Positions 15,500-24,154 of a stretch of 37,720 bases of DNA are shown here, one piece after another. A model generated the notes under the pieces. That model was not told the DNA's origin and made no database searches. It saw nothing but the letters and a program-made list of their open reading frames with translations. The position numbers were made by a program, and so were the translations under genes. The stretch lies in IMG/VR virus record IMGVR_UViG_3300018411_000048; one strand, written 5' to 3'. The stretch's first letter is position 1; each line of letters starts with the position of its first letter. This DNA is from a virus.

Positions 15500-16649
15500 T
15501 GTTAATCACCAACTTTAAATCGTCTGTCTGTGCTACTTCATCAAATGCTATTATTCTGTTTTGCTTAACAAAAGTTATATTGTCGCTCGATATCTCTAAA
15601 TCAACATCAACTACCCCAGGAACGTTAAATATTACATCTATAAGCTTGGCATATATAACATTTTGCCCCATGCTTAATCCATTCAATAAATTGCCTTGCG
15701 TATCTGTGCCTCCTACGTATTGCACTATTTTATCCTTGATTAAATCTTGACCGTTAACAGGGAACGCTCCGCTTGTTGTTATATTTATATTTGCGTAAAC
15801 AGGTATTTCGCTAGCATAATCAAAATTCATTAAATAAGATTGACCATTATCCGCTGTTGCAGTACCCGATTCGCTTCCAAAAGTCTTTACACCCCATGCT
15901 TTATAATTAAGTATTGTCTGTGCAACATCATTAGCAAGTCCCCCAAGCACAATAGCCCTAAATCCAATCACGTCATTATTAACATTCTTGACTTCCTCAA
16001 TATTTGCACCTCTTACCCCTGTAGTTCTTAGTAGTGCAGCAATCAAGGCGTCAATTGTGCTTGCTCCAGCAGCTGCAAAACTCAAAAAATATCTAGTTCT
16101 AAGCTCTGCATCGGTTTCAACATTTCGCCCACCCTCTGCATCTGTTGTATTCACTGCACTTGATAGCCCTGCCAAAGGATTTATAATCTGATTAATATTT
16201 CCAGCAGGTATATTACTTTGAGTTCCACCAACTAAAGCACGTATAGGCAAATCAACAAAGCTTCCTATTATTTCGCCACTCTGTAACGTTTCATATAGTA
16301 TCTCTGTTTCTGTACCTATTAAAAACCCAGTTGGAATAATAGTTCCTGCATCTCCTGTGAATCTCTGTGTAGCAGTAGCCTTTTCAGCTCCACGCCTTGT
16401 AACTCCGCCTTTTCTTACTGCATAATCTAAACTATTACCCTCAGATGTATCAACAAAGCTAGAAAAATAAACCTTTTCGGCTACTTGCCAAAGTACTGCG
16501 ATAGACCAAGATAGTACTTGGATAAAAATACCTAGAGGACTTCTATCAGTAAGGTTAATATTCTCACCAAACAAGTTCCTAGCTCTAGTCTGCATATCCT
16601 CGACTATCTCAGAATACTGCTTTCTTTTAAATCCGTTAGCATCTAACAC
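15492..16649 (-). CDS. Baseplate J-like protein
   Basis: 385 aa. Size and position fit (between a gp25/XkdS-like gene and an XkdU-like gene). Confidence 0.6.
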   Translation of the reverse strand: MLDANGFKRKQYSEIVEDMQTRARNLFGENINLTDRSPLGIFIQVLSWSIAVLWQVAEKVYFSSFVDTSEGNSLDYAVRKGGVTRRGAEKATATQRFTGDAGTIIPTGFLIGTETEILYETLQSGEIIGSFVDLPIRALVGGTQSNIPAGNINQIINPLAGLSSAVNTTDAEGGRNVETDAELRTRYFLSFAAAGASTIDALIAALLRTTGVRGANIEEVKNVNNDVIGFRAIVLGGLANDVAQTILNYKAWGVKTFGSESGTATADNGQSYLMNFDYASEIPVYANINITTSGAFPVNGQDLIKDKIVQYVGGTDTQGNLLNGLSMGQNVIYAKLIDVIFNVPGVVDVDLEISSDNITFVKQNRIIAFDEVAQTDDLKLVINIV

Positions 16650-16996
16650 TATATCACCACCTCTCCTGTTATTATCTCAGAATCTGCTGTTGCTGTAAAG
16701 TGTATCGCTACGCTACGATTAGCATCGTCTACCTCAATAGTAACAGTATCTACGGACGTTACAGCAGGTTCTTGTAGTATTGCCTCTGTTATAGCTCCCT
16801 TAATCTCGTCTATAGAATAGCCTTTTTTCTTAATAACGCTGTAATCTAGCCCATGAGATGGTTTTAGGAAAAACTCGCCTAGATTAGTTGTCAAGCACCT
16901 CTCAATGTTCTGCACTATCTCGTCTTTTCCATCTATAAGCTCAATGTTCCCACTTCCATCTATAACTATATCATCGTTAACAATTTTAAAAGTCAT
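16649..16996 (-). CDS. Baseplate wedge protein (XkdS / DUF2634, gp25-like position)
   Basis: 115 aa. GSGNIELIDGKDEIVQNIERCLTTNLGEFFL resembles this family as I recall it. Confidence 0.5.
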   Translation of the reverse strand: MTFKIVNDDIVIDGSGNIELIDGKDEIVQNIERCLTTNLGEFFLKPSHGLDYSVIKKKGYSIDEIKGAITEAILQEPAVTSVDTVTIEVDDANRSVAIHFTATADSEIITGEVVI

Positions 16997-17256
16997 GCTA
17001 TCACCCCAATCAGTACTCCTGTTGATAGGTCCTTGTCTATAAATACTACTAGTACAGTACTTCCAACCTTGCTTGAGTAATCAGTTCCTTCAAAAGTCCT
17101 TATACCCTCAATTAGAGTATACGGACGTCCGTTCTTAGTGCCTTGTGGTGTTACAGATACTTTTGTTCCTTGCACGCTATTCAAAGTGCAAAGCTTAGCA
17201 GTTTCAATGTTTGATACTTCACTTTGTACTATCTTTTGTATCAATATATCTTGCAT
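16993..17256 (-). CDS. Small baseplate-module protein (XkdR-like position)
   Basis: 87-aa ORF with overlapping stop/start on both sides. Confidence 0.45.
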   Translation of the reverse strand: MQDILIQKIVQSEVSNIETAKLCTLNSVQGTKVSVTPQGTKNGRPYTLIEGIRTFEGTDYSSKVGSTVLVVFIDKDLSTGVLIGVIA

Positions 17257-18041
17257 TATATCTCCAACACCTCCAACTCACTTATGAAATCGCTTGTGTG
17301 CTTGCCCTTAACTACCTTTACATTACCGTTTAAGCTCCTGGATTGTACTTGAAGTAATGAATCTGTGCTTAGCCTATGATTTAATAAGCAGCGTATTTTC
17401 CAGCCTATTTTTTTATCTATCTGAATTTTCTCTGGTGTTCCTATAAGCCCTGTATCTGCGTTGAGTAAAAAACCTGTACTAACATTAAAATCCTCTGATA
17501 CCATAAAAGCTACACCATTTTTAATATAAAACTTGCTTTTAGTATCTGATGCTATGCGTTTTAGAGCTTGATTAAGGCTAGTATTGAAGGATATGCCGTT
17601 GGCATACGTTATATTCGATTTTAAGGCTAGTTTGCCAACCTCAAGACCAAACATACCAAGCAGGTCATTAACTACTGCCTGGGATGTTATATTTGCTACA
17701 TAACTTTTTACAACGGTAGCATTTAACCAAGATTCTATTCCATCTCCTACAAGTAGTTTTAATTCATTATCCGTATCATATCTGTTGACTTCAAAGTCTC
17801 CAACGGTACCAACAACTATAGAGCCTATGTCATGGCCATATCCTGCATTAAGGATTACTGGGACACCTTTTTTTATTAGTGCCTTGGTGTCCTCAGTAGT
17901 GTTCCATATGCTTATTTCGTGGATATTTGGTTCTGGGTTATTGTCGAATTCAACCGTAAAGTCAATATCAATCTGCCTGCCATCATACTCCTTAGAGCCT
18001 ATGATTAATTTAGTAACTCGGTTATAAAGCATCCAAATCAC
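17256..18041 (-). CDS. Baseplate hub / late-control-D-like protein (XkdQ-like position)
   Basis: 261 aa. Call is by synteny only. Confidence 0.45.
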   Translation of the reverse strand: MIWMLYNRVTKLIIGSKEYDGRQIDIDFTVEFDNNPEPNIHEISIWNTTEDTKALIKKGVPVILNAGYGHDIGSIVVGTVGDFEVNRYDTDNELKLLVGDGIESWLNATVVKSYVANITSQAVVNDLLGMFGLEVGKLALKSNITYANGISFNTSLNQALKRIASDTKSKFYIKNGVAFMVSEDFNVSTGFLLNADTGLIGTPEKIQIDKKIGWKIRCLLNHRLSTDSLLQVQSRSLNGNVKVVKGKHTSDFISELEVLEI

Positions 18042-18339
18042 CTACCAGATACAAAAATACTGTTGCCCCTAGCTCGTCATATCCTGCCCTAGTCTGCTCG
18101 TCTGCAATATCTATAGGTAATATACCTCTAGGACATTGCAAATGTGGAAAAGCCGAGAATAATTCCCTACCATACAGTATCTTTTCGCCTGTTAATATAA
18201 CAGTTTCGCCTATACTTAAATCAATGGTAAAAAAATCATATTCAGCGTTATATCTTACTTCCATAGTGTAAGTAGCGCCATCTAGCTGCATGTCGAATTT
18301 GTACGGACAAAGGTCTTTATTAATATCAATAATTGTCAT
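18022..18339 (-). CDS. Tail-module hypothetical protein
   Basis: 105-aa ORF. Confidence 0.5.
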   Translation of the reverse strand: MTIIDINKDLCPYKFDMQLDGATYTMEVRYNAEYDFFTIDLSIGETVILTGEKILYGRELFSAFPHLQCPRGILPIDIADEQTRAGYDELGATVFLYLVGDLDAL

Positions 18340-18872
18340 ATTGTAGCACCTCCAGCTGTCCCACTTACAAACCTACCACCAACGTATTTTCCTGCGACTT
18401 GCACAGTTCGAGCATTATCAGCAGGCTTTGGTTTTGGTACTTGCCTACCTTGATTAGTAACCTTCTTAGTTTGAGTTTGTACACTTTTAGGATTTTTGTT
18501 ACTTGCTGGGTCTGGCTTTTTTATTTCTACTATTTGAGCTGTTGCAATTCTAATTTCTTTTAATGTAATTGTAAACTCAAAACCGTTTCTAATATTAACA
18601 GTGTGTGCAGTATCAAACTTTTCTATGACTACATTTGTAAAAATGTTTCTACCTGTGTATTTTAACAGTGTTCCAGCCTTTGAATGCTTCCTTAGCTGTT
18701 GCAATTTCTGAAATGCGTCATCACCTGTTACTGCTCCGTTGATATTTAAGATTGTGCTATTTTGCTTTACGTTATCAACTATTGTTCCACCTTCGACGGG
18801 TTTCTCTGTTACATCATTAGAAAAAGAGGGTGTTTCTGATATTACAAGTATTTCAACATCTCCTAATTTCAT
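18336..18872 (-). CDS. Tail/baseplate protein immediately distal to the tape measure
   Basis: 178 aa. ATG abuts the tape-measure stop codon. Confidence 0.5.
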   Translation of the reverse strand: MKLGDVEILVISETPSFSNDVTEKPVEGGTIVDNVKQNSTILNINGAVTGDDAFQKLQQLRKHSKAGTLLKYTGRNIFTNVVIEKFDTAHTVNIRNGFEFTITLKEIRIATAQIVEIKKPDPASNKNPKSVQTQTKKVTNQGRQVPKPKPADNARTVQVAGKYVGGRFVSGTAGGATI

Positions 18873-20021
18873 CTATACCCCTCCTAATCTAAGCATTAGC
18901 TTTTTATTTTGTATCTCAAGAGCTTTTTCGACTTCTTTTCTTATGCTGAGCGCTGTTTCTCTTCCGCCACTGCCACCTTTAACAGTTATGTTAATGCTAG
19001 GAGCATATGACGTGCTAGAGCTTGATGTGGTGCTAGTGAATTCTCCGTCTGTAACTTTAGCCATGCCTTGCCCTGTTGCCTTTAGATTGTTAGTTTCGCT
19101 CTGCATCCCTAAGTCTAAGCCTTGCCCGATATAGCCACCGTATGAAAACATCAGCTTTGATGGCGAATTAATCTGGAAAAAGTTCTTTAAAGTGTTAGCT
19201 ATCCCACTGCCTATGTTCTTAGCTGTTTCCATCGCACTGTCTAACATTGATAGCATACCATCAACTAAACCTCTAATCATGTTAGCTCCTATTTCCCATA
19301 AATTAATGCCACTAACAAAGCTAATCATGTTGTTAAATGTTGTCTGTACGTTGTGCCATGCTTCGGATACATAGGTTTTAATTGAGTCGCCATAGGTTTT
19401 CCAAACGTATATCAATCCACCTATTACGGCACCTACTGCAATGATTGGAGCTACTGTTGCAAGTATTGGAGCTATTAATGCCCATTGTGCGATAGCTGCT
19501 GCTGTTGTTGCTGTAGTCCACGCTATAATAGCTGGGGTGATTACTGCTGCTATTGCTACTCCTATAGATATTGCCACTGGTGTAAGTGCATCTATGTTTT
19601 CTTTCATCCAATCAAATGCATTTCCAACTGTTTCAACAAATCCTATAAGGTTTTCTATACCATTTGCTACATTTTCAGCCCATTTTTCAATCTGCCCACT
19701 ATCAAGTAAGTTCTGTCCTAATTCTAGTATGTTTTCCAAACTGTCTTTAAAAGCATTAAAAATAGGTTCTCCAACCGTCCTGCCTATTGCTCCTATCATA
19801 TCCTTAGCGTTAGATACCATGCCGTTGAATGTTTTACTCTGTGCCTCCATAGAGCCCTTGTATCTATCTTCCATTATTGCAAATAATGCTGTATTTAAGT
19901 TCTCATAGCTTGTTATCTGCCCTTTGTTGTTCTGGAATATTATACCCATTGCATCTGCTTGTTCTTGAAGCATGTTTTTAGTGATTCCAAACTCTTTAAG
20001 TCTTTCTAATTCCCCTGTCTG
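18873..20021 (-). CDS. Tail tape-measure protein, exon 2 (382 aa)
   Basis: Begins QTGELERLKEFGITK..., followed by a hydrophobic Ala/Ile-rich central region typical of tape-measure proteins. The ATG in the ORF track (20024..20022) is read here as the last 3 nt of the intron. Confidence 0.75.
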   Translation of the reverse strand, partial: QTGELERLKEFGITKNMLQEQADAMGIIFQNNKGQITSYENLNTALFAIMEDRYKGSMEAQSKTFNGMVSNAKDMIGAIGRTVGEPIFNAFKDSLENILELGQNLLDSGQIEKWAENVANGIENLIGFVETVGNAFDWMKENIDALTPVAISIGVAIAAVITPAIIAWTTATTAAAIAQWALIAPILATVAPIIAVGAVIGGLIYVWKTYGDSIKTYVSEAWHNVQTTFNNMISFVSGINLWEIGANMIRGLVDGMLSMLDSAMETAKNIGSGIANTLKNFFQINSPSKLMFSYGGYIGQGLDLGMQSETNNLKATGQGMAKVTDGEFTSTTSSSSTSYAPSINITVKGGSGGRETALSIRKEVEKALEIQNKKLMLRLGGV

Positions 20022-20269
20022 CATTTTGTTATCCTAGTGGCTTTTTATCCTCTAGCTCTTATAGTTTCCTATAAGCTCGGCGTACATTTTCAACGATTAA
20101 CGTTGTCGAGCACTCTTGGAGGGATTATATTCTGCTTTGCAGGTTCACCCTCTACGCTCTACGGTGAGCCACATCTATTACAATGTGCTTTACCTCGGTA
20201 TTAGCATATCAATATTGACTTAGCTTTCACCGATTTTACTCGATTTATAGACGCCCAAATTTTTAGTCC
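20022..20269 (-). ncRNA. Group I intron, ORF-less, 248 nt, subgroup IA-like, interrupting the tape-measure gene
   Basis: P1: exon AGACGCU pairs with intron GGCGUCU (nt 15-21), including the U.G wobble at the 5' splice site. The intron ends in G. Exon ligation is in frame (..AVADA|QTGELERLKEFGI..). A full P3-P9 model can be drawn; see findings. Confidence 0.75.
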
Positions 20270-20758
20270 AGCGTCTGCAACTGCCTCTACTGCCTGCATG
20301 ATATCTTTACCCATAGTAGCAGCCATATCTCCGATTATTGGCAATGTGCTTTGTGCTTCTAGTCCGTAAGTTGTCAATCTTGTAGTAGCTTCCACTATTC
20401 CAGGGACTTCAAAAGGGGTACTCGCTGCGAACTTAGTCGCCCATGCTAGTGCTTCATTTGCCTTCTCAGTGTCTTTCATGACAATATTAAGCGTGTTTCT
20501 GTACTGCTCCATCTCTGCGTTGCCTTGTACGAAGAAATCAAATCCAGCTTTTACACTAAGCCCTGCAAACACTCCAGCCATTAAGCCTTTTAAACCTCTA
20601 AGAGAGCCACCTAGCTTCTTAGATTGTCCCTCTAAGTCGCTAACTCCTTTTCCTGCTTGCCTTGCTTCTTGCTCCATCTTATCAAATGCAGTATTGGCAT
20701 CTTTAATTTTTTTAATTTCACTATCAAAAGTTAGTCTAAATCCTAATTCTCTAAGCAT
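20270..20758 (-). CDS. Tail tape-measure protein, exon 1 (163 aa)
   Basis: MLRELGFRL...GKDIMQAVEAVADA. The ORF track runs on for 22 more codons of intron sequence to a TAA. Confidence 0.75.
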
Positions 20759-20931
20759 TATTTACCTCCCTTCGTATTCGAGAGTTTTATATATTTGTTT
20801 AAAGCGTGATTTACTTCCATAAGAGTGTCTATATCCATCTCACAAGCCTCTGAATAGCTTATAACCTTTTCGACTATAGGCCTCCAAAATATCCACTCAT
20901 TATCCACTTTTTCTTGGTATTCAAAGCTAGA
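20758..20931 (-). CDS. Frameshift extension of the tail assembly chaperone (gpGT-like); +1 frame relative to 20927..21187
   Basis: A 57-codon open frame (SSFEYQEKVDNEWIFW...DIDTLMEVNHALNKYIKLSNTKGGK) exactly fills the chaperone-to-tape-measure gap. It has no RBS or plausible start of its own and ends in a TAATG overlap with the tape-measure start. Confidence 0.55.
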   Translation of the reverse strand, partial: SSFEYQEKVDNEWIFWRPIVEKVISYSEACEMDIDTLMEVNHALNKYIKLSNTKGGK

Positions 20932-21187
20932 TTTTGGACTTGGCTGTAAGAAATTTGTTAGCTTCTGTCATAACCTTCTCGCAGTGCGCTACCCCTTCTG
21001 TTTCAAAATCTTCAAGTGTTAATCTAGGGTTTACCACAACATGCTCTAAAAGATAATCGTATGACTCTACTATACCAAATTCTCCACGTTTTAGCTTGTT
21101 CATGAAATCGTAATATGTTCTAATCGGTAACTTTTGGAAAGTATACTCTTTACCGTCTATTTTAACTTTTTTCTGTTCTAATGCCAT
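20927..21187 (-). CDS. Tail assembly chaperone (gpG-like)
   Basis: 86 aa. Lies between the tube and tape-measure genes. Confidence 0.6.
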   Translation of the reverse strand: MALEQKKVKIDGKEYTFQKLPIRTYYDFMNKLKRGEFGIVESYDYLLEHVVVNPRLTLEDFETEGVAHCEKVMTEANKFLTAKSKI

Positions 21188-21207
21188 TTATATTCCTCCT
21201 TAATTTT

Positions 21208-21229
21208 AAAAAAGAGAGCCGAAGCTCCC
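21208..21229 (-). terminator. Hairpin with UUCG tetraloop and U6 directly after the tube gene; probably a partial terminator or attenuator
   Basis: GGGAGC-UUCG-GCUCUC-UUUUUU. The stem overlaps the TAG stop codon of 21229..21621. Confidence 0.6.
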
Positions 21230-21621
21230 TATTGAATTGTTAAATCATCACATAAAATAGTGAACTCTGCTACTGTTACCTCTTTTCCCTTTTCTGGAAA
21301 TATTGGCTTAGATACATAGCCTTGTGATGCTGAGCAGTTAACACCATTTTCATTGAAATCTGTTACCGTAATTGAAAACGGTTTTTTCTGATTCGCAAGT
21401 CCATTTAAAAAGCTTATTGAAGGACTTGAAATTGCAAGTGGAATAGTAATAGTTCCTGTTTCATCTGCTGATACTGCATTTGTAACAGTACCATCTGCCC
21501 CAACATAAGGGACTATGTTATCCTCGTTACGTTCTGCTGATACCTTAGTACCTTCTCCGAATCCTGTTATATAAGTACCGTCTACCACAACGGTAACTTT
21601 ACTTTGGTCATATAATGCCAT
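21229..21621 (-). CDS. Tail tube protein
   Basis: 130 aa. Follows the sheath-like gene and precedes the chaperone. Confidence 0.55.
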   Translation of the reverse strand: MALYDQSKVTVVVDGTYITGFGEGTKVSAERNEDNIVPYVGADGTVTNAVSADETGTITIPLAISSPSISFLNGLANQKKPFSITVTDFNENGVNCSASQGYVSKPIFPEKGKEVTVAEFTILCDDLTIQ

Positions 21622-21654
21622 ATTTCCAAACCTCCTTTTCGGGTTTTTTACAAT

Positions 21655-22641
21655 TTATATAGAAAGGTATCCTGTGAGAGTGCCCTGTCTTATAGCCCCT
21701 GCAAGTCTAGCTTCCCATCTTACATAATCATATTTACGGTTTGCTCTGTCAGCAGCAGGAACTTCCTCTACAGGCAAATAAGTGATTGTAAATTCTGGAA
21801 TACCTGCATCGTCGATTGCTACTATATTTTGTCTTGCTGCAAGTTTCAATCTGTTTGAAGCTACGTCAACAAGTAGTGCTACCCCTGCGTTAGTATAAGG
21901 TATTTTAGGGCTATTAAGTTTTAATTGTGCAAGGTCCTCTTCCATTCTGATTTTAATCCAGAATTCGCCTAAGATAACGTCAATCTTTTCTCCGCCTGCC
22001 ATATCTCCGCCATCTATTACTACGTTACCAAACTTCTCTACTGCAACGTTGATATGATTAGTTTTAAATGTAGCGTACTCAGTAGCGTTGATAAGGCTTG
22101 AAGTGATACCGCTTATAGCTTTACCGTCTAAGTCAGTTCCGCCTATCTCTTGCACTAGCATATAAGCAAGTGATTTTTCCATGATGTATTCTGTTGGATG
22201 ATATGCTATTGCTGTTTGGTTTGAAGCGTTTGTGATAGTTTTATTAGTGCTAGTAACCGCATATACCTTTTCTTGTGTGTCAGTCCATGCTGACAATGCT
22301 GCTATAGCTGCATCTGATGTGTCAGTACATACAAGCCCAAAGAAGTTGTTATTAGTTGTTATAATGCTGTTAAGCTCTGTTACAAGTTCACCAGGTATAG
22401 CTGTTAATTTACCTGCTATTGCTATCTGTTCAACTCTTTGTGATAGTAAAGCCTGTGCCATGATATACGTTTCTGACCCTACTCCGAAAGTAGTTCCAAT
22501 ATCTCCCAAATCGTCATTACTGTAAAGCGTGTATGGACTATTAGCTTCATTGCTTAGCAGTAGTATAAGCCCAAATCCTCGTTGTGCTACTGCTGTAGTA
22601 AGCCTAGTTATGTTAACTGTAAAATCCTTTTTAAATCCCAT
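21655..22641 (-). CDS. Tail sheath-like protein
   Basis: 328 aa. The call rests on position upstream of the tube gene and on the presence of a gp25/J-type baseplate. It is short for a sheath, so the call is tentative. Confidence 0.5.
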   Translation of the reverse strand: MGFKKDFTVNITRLTTAVAQRGFGLILLLSNEANSPYTLYSNDDLGDIGTTFGVGSETYIMAQALLSQRVEQIAIAGKLTAIPGELVTELNSIITTNNNFFGLVCTDTSDAAIAALSAWTDTQEKVYAVTSTNKTITNASNQTAIAYHPTEYIMEKSLAYMLVQEIGGTDLDGKAISGITSSLINATEYATFKTNHINVAVEKFGNVVIDGGDMAGGEKIDVILGEFWIKIRMEEDLAQLKLNSPKIPYTNAGVALLVDVASNRLKLAARQNIVAIDDAGIPEFTITYLPVEEVPAADRANRKYDYVRWEARLAGAIRQGTLTGYLSI

Positions 22642-22642
22642 T

Positions 22643-23125
22643 TTATACCTCCTTTATTGTATATGTTTCTATAGCAGGGATAATCCTATCTATTTGTTTT
22701 TTAAATCTTATCCTAACATCAAATCCTGCTCTTCTCTCGTATGCGTCTACCTCTAAAATGTCTCTAGTTTCAACATTCATTGTGTCAACTACTACTAAGT
22801 TTTCATCTTCTAATGTCTGTAGTCCTGCAAACTTAAAAAACTCATAGGCCTTAGACGCTATATTGTAAGCTTCTGCCATATTCAAGCTATAAGCTGTAAA
22901 ACTTATCATCATGTTATCATTATACTCTAATGTCTGTTTTATGTCGTTTACTGAGTCCGACTCTATGATGTTCCCGTACTCGTTATCTTCCTTCATAGAC
23001 ACCGTTGTTACTGTGTAGCCTATAAATGGATACGGAGGTCTATTAGTAGTTTGAGGGTTAATGATTACAGGCTGATTGATGTAATTATAAAGTGCTGCTA
23101 TAACCTTGTTACGTTCTGCTATCAA
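22643..23125 (-). CDS. Head-tail joining / tail terminator-position protein
   Basis: 160 aa. Synteny only. Confidence 0.45.
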   Translation of the reverse strand: MIAERNKVIAALYNYINQPVIINPQTTNRPPYPFIGYTVTTVSMKEDNEYGNIIESDSVNDIKQTLEYNDNMMISFTAYSLNMAEAYNIASKAYEFFKFAGLQTLEDENLVVVDTMNVETRDILEVDAYERRAGFDVRIRFKKQIDRIIPAIETYTIKEV

Positions 23126-23126
23126 G

Positions 23127-23480
23127 TTAACCCTCCTTTCTAACTATGAAATATACCCTTAAATCAGTATCGAAGTCGCTTCTATCAATCTGTTTCGCTA
23201 CCGTATATATATTGTCTTTAAACTTAATTTTATCATTGTTTTTAAATTCTTCATAGCAATACAATTTTCTGTCCTCAGATGAATACACTCCATTTTCCTC
23301 GTATTGCAAGTCTTTAGATGTCAATTGCAATACTGCACCTTCAAACTCTTGTTCTGTTTCAGCACCATCTACCCAAATACCGCCTTGGTTATAATCGAAA
23401 TATCCGTCAGTCTCTATTATTTTGTATACTGCTACCTTGCTATACTTTTTCACCAATCTTTTGAAATTGTATAAGCTCAA
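23127..23480 (-). CDS. Head-tail joining protein
   Basis: 117 aa. Synteny only. Confidence 0.45.
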   Translation of the reverse strand: MSLYNFKRLVKKYSKVAVYKIIETDGYFDYNQGGIWVDGAETEQEFEGAVLQLTSKDLQYEENGVYSSEDRKLYCYEEFKNNDKIKFKDNIYTVAKQIDRSDFDTDLRVYFIVRKEG

Positions 23481-23484
23481 CTTA

Positions 23485-23925
23485 TCACCTTCTTATCCTG
23501 TAAGTGATACTATCTCTTAATCTAGCTGTATCTATAAGAACCTTTGAACTTCCTTTTCTGTCTATAGTAGCTTGCTTTAAAGGAGGACTGTCAAGGTCTG
23601 TCAAATACTGTTGTATCTTACTTACGGCGAACTGTCCTATTGCGTTTAAAGCGTTGTCTAAGCTCATTTCTTGATGTATAACTCTAGACATAAGCCTATC
23701 GCATAAATCAGCTATATCACGATTATACTTGTCAAATCCTGCTCTTAAAAAGCTACGTTCGGGTATATTCATCTTATTGCTTCCAAACTCGTGAACATTT
23801 GCAATTAATAAGACTTCTCCGCCTGCATTTGACAATACACCCACCTCAATTACTGAGCGTTCAATGCTATCTAGTAGCCTTAGAAACTCGTCTACATTAC
23901 TAGTATCACGTACTCTAGTAGCCAT
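23485..23925 (-). CDS. HK97 gp10-like head-tail joining protein
   Basis: 146 aa. VHEFGS..IPERSFLR resembles the gp10 family motif as I recall it. Confidence 0.5.
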   Translation of the reverse strand: MATRVRDTSNVDEFLRLLDSIERSVIEVGVLSNAGGEVLLIANVHEFGSNKMNIPERSFLRAGFDKYNRDIADLCDRLMSRVIHQEMSLDNALNAIGQFAVSKIQQYLTDLDSPPLKQATIDRKGSSKVLIDTARLRDSITYRIRR

Positions 23926-23926
23926 A

Positions 23927-24154
23927 TTAAAGCACCTTCAAGCGCTTATAAGGACTCAACATATCCCTAACCCTAAAAGCTGTGTCAGAGCTAAAAGATT
24001 GACTCATATCACCGATTGACTCCGAATTAATACCTGCTTTTTGAAATAAATCAGTTATATTATCTAAAACTAAGGCAAAATCGTCCGTATCTGTTAAATT
24101 GGGATTGTTGCAATACCTTATGCACCAAAGAAGCAACTTCTCTCTATCTGTCAT
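23927..24154 (-). CDS. Head-tail connector (gp6-like) protein
   Basis: 75 aa. Synteny only. Confidence 0.45.
   Translation of the reverse strand: MTDREKLLLWCIRYCNNPNLTDTDDFALVLDNITDLFQKAGINSESIGDMSQSFSSDTAFRVRDMLSPYKRLKVL

Noticed and set aside
19378-19611. 77-aa alternative-frame minus ORF, and the plus-strand ORF 19485..19709, inside the tape-measure gene.
   Set aside because: They are embedded in the hydrophobic repeat region of the tape-measure protein and are artefacts of repetitive codons.
20025-20200. The gap in the tape-measure gene considered as a frameshift, a pseudogene split or two separate tape-measure-like genes.
   Set aside because: The P1 pairing with a U.G wobble, the terminal G, the in-frame ligation that restores a plausible contiguous tape-measure sequence, and a complete group I core model all fit an intron better.
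23638-23648. An 11-nt partial match (tattgcgttta) to the junction motif inside gene 23485..23925.
   Set aside because: It is truncated, lies within a coding region and is not at a gene boundary. It is likely a chance match in AT-rich sequence.
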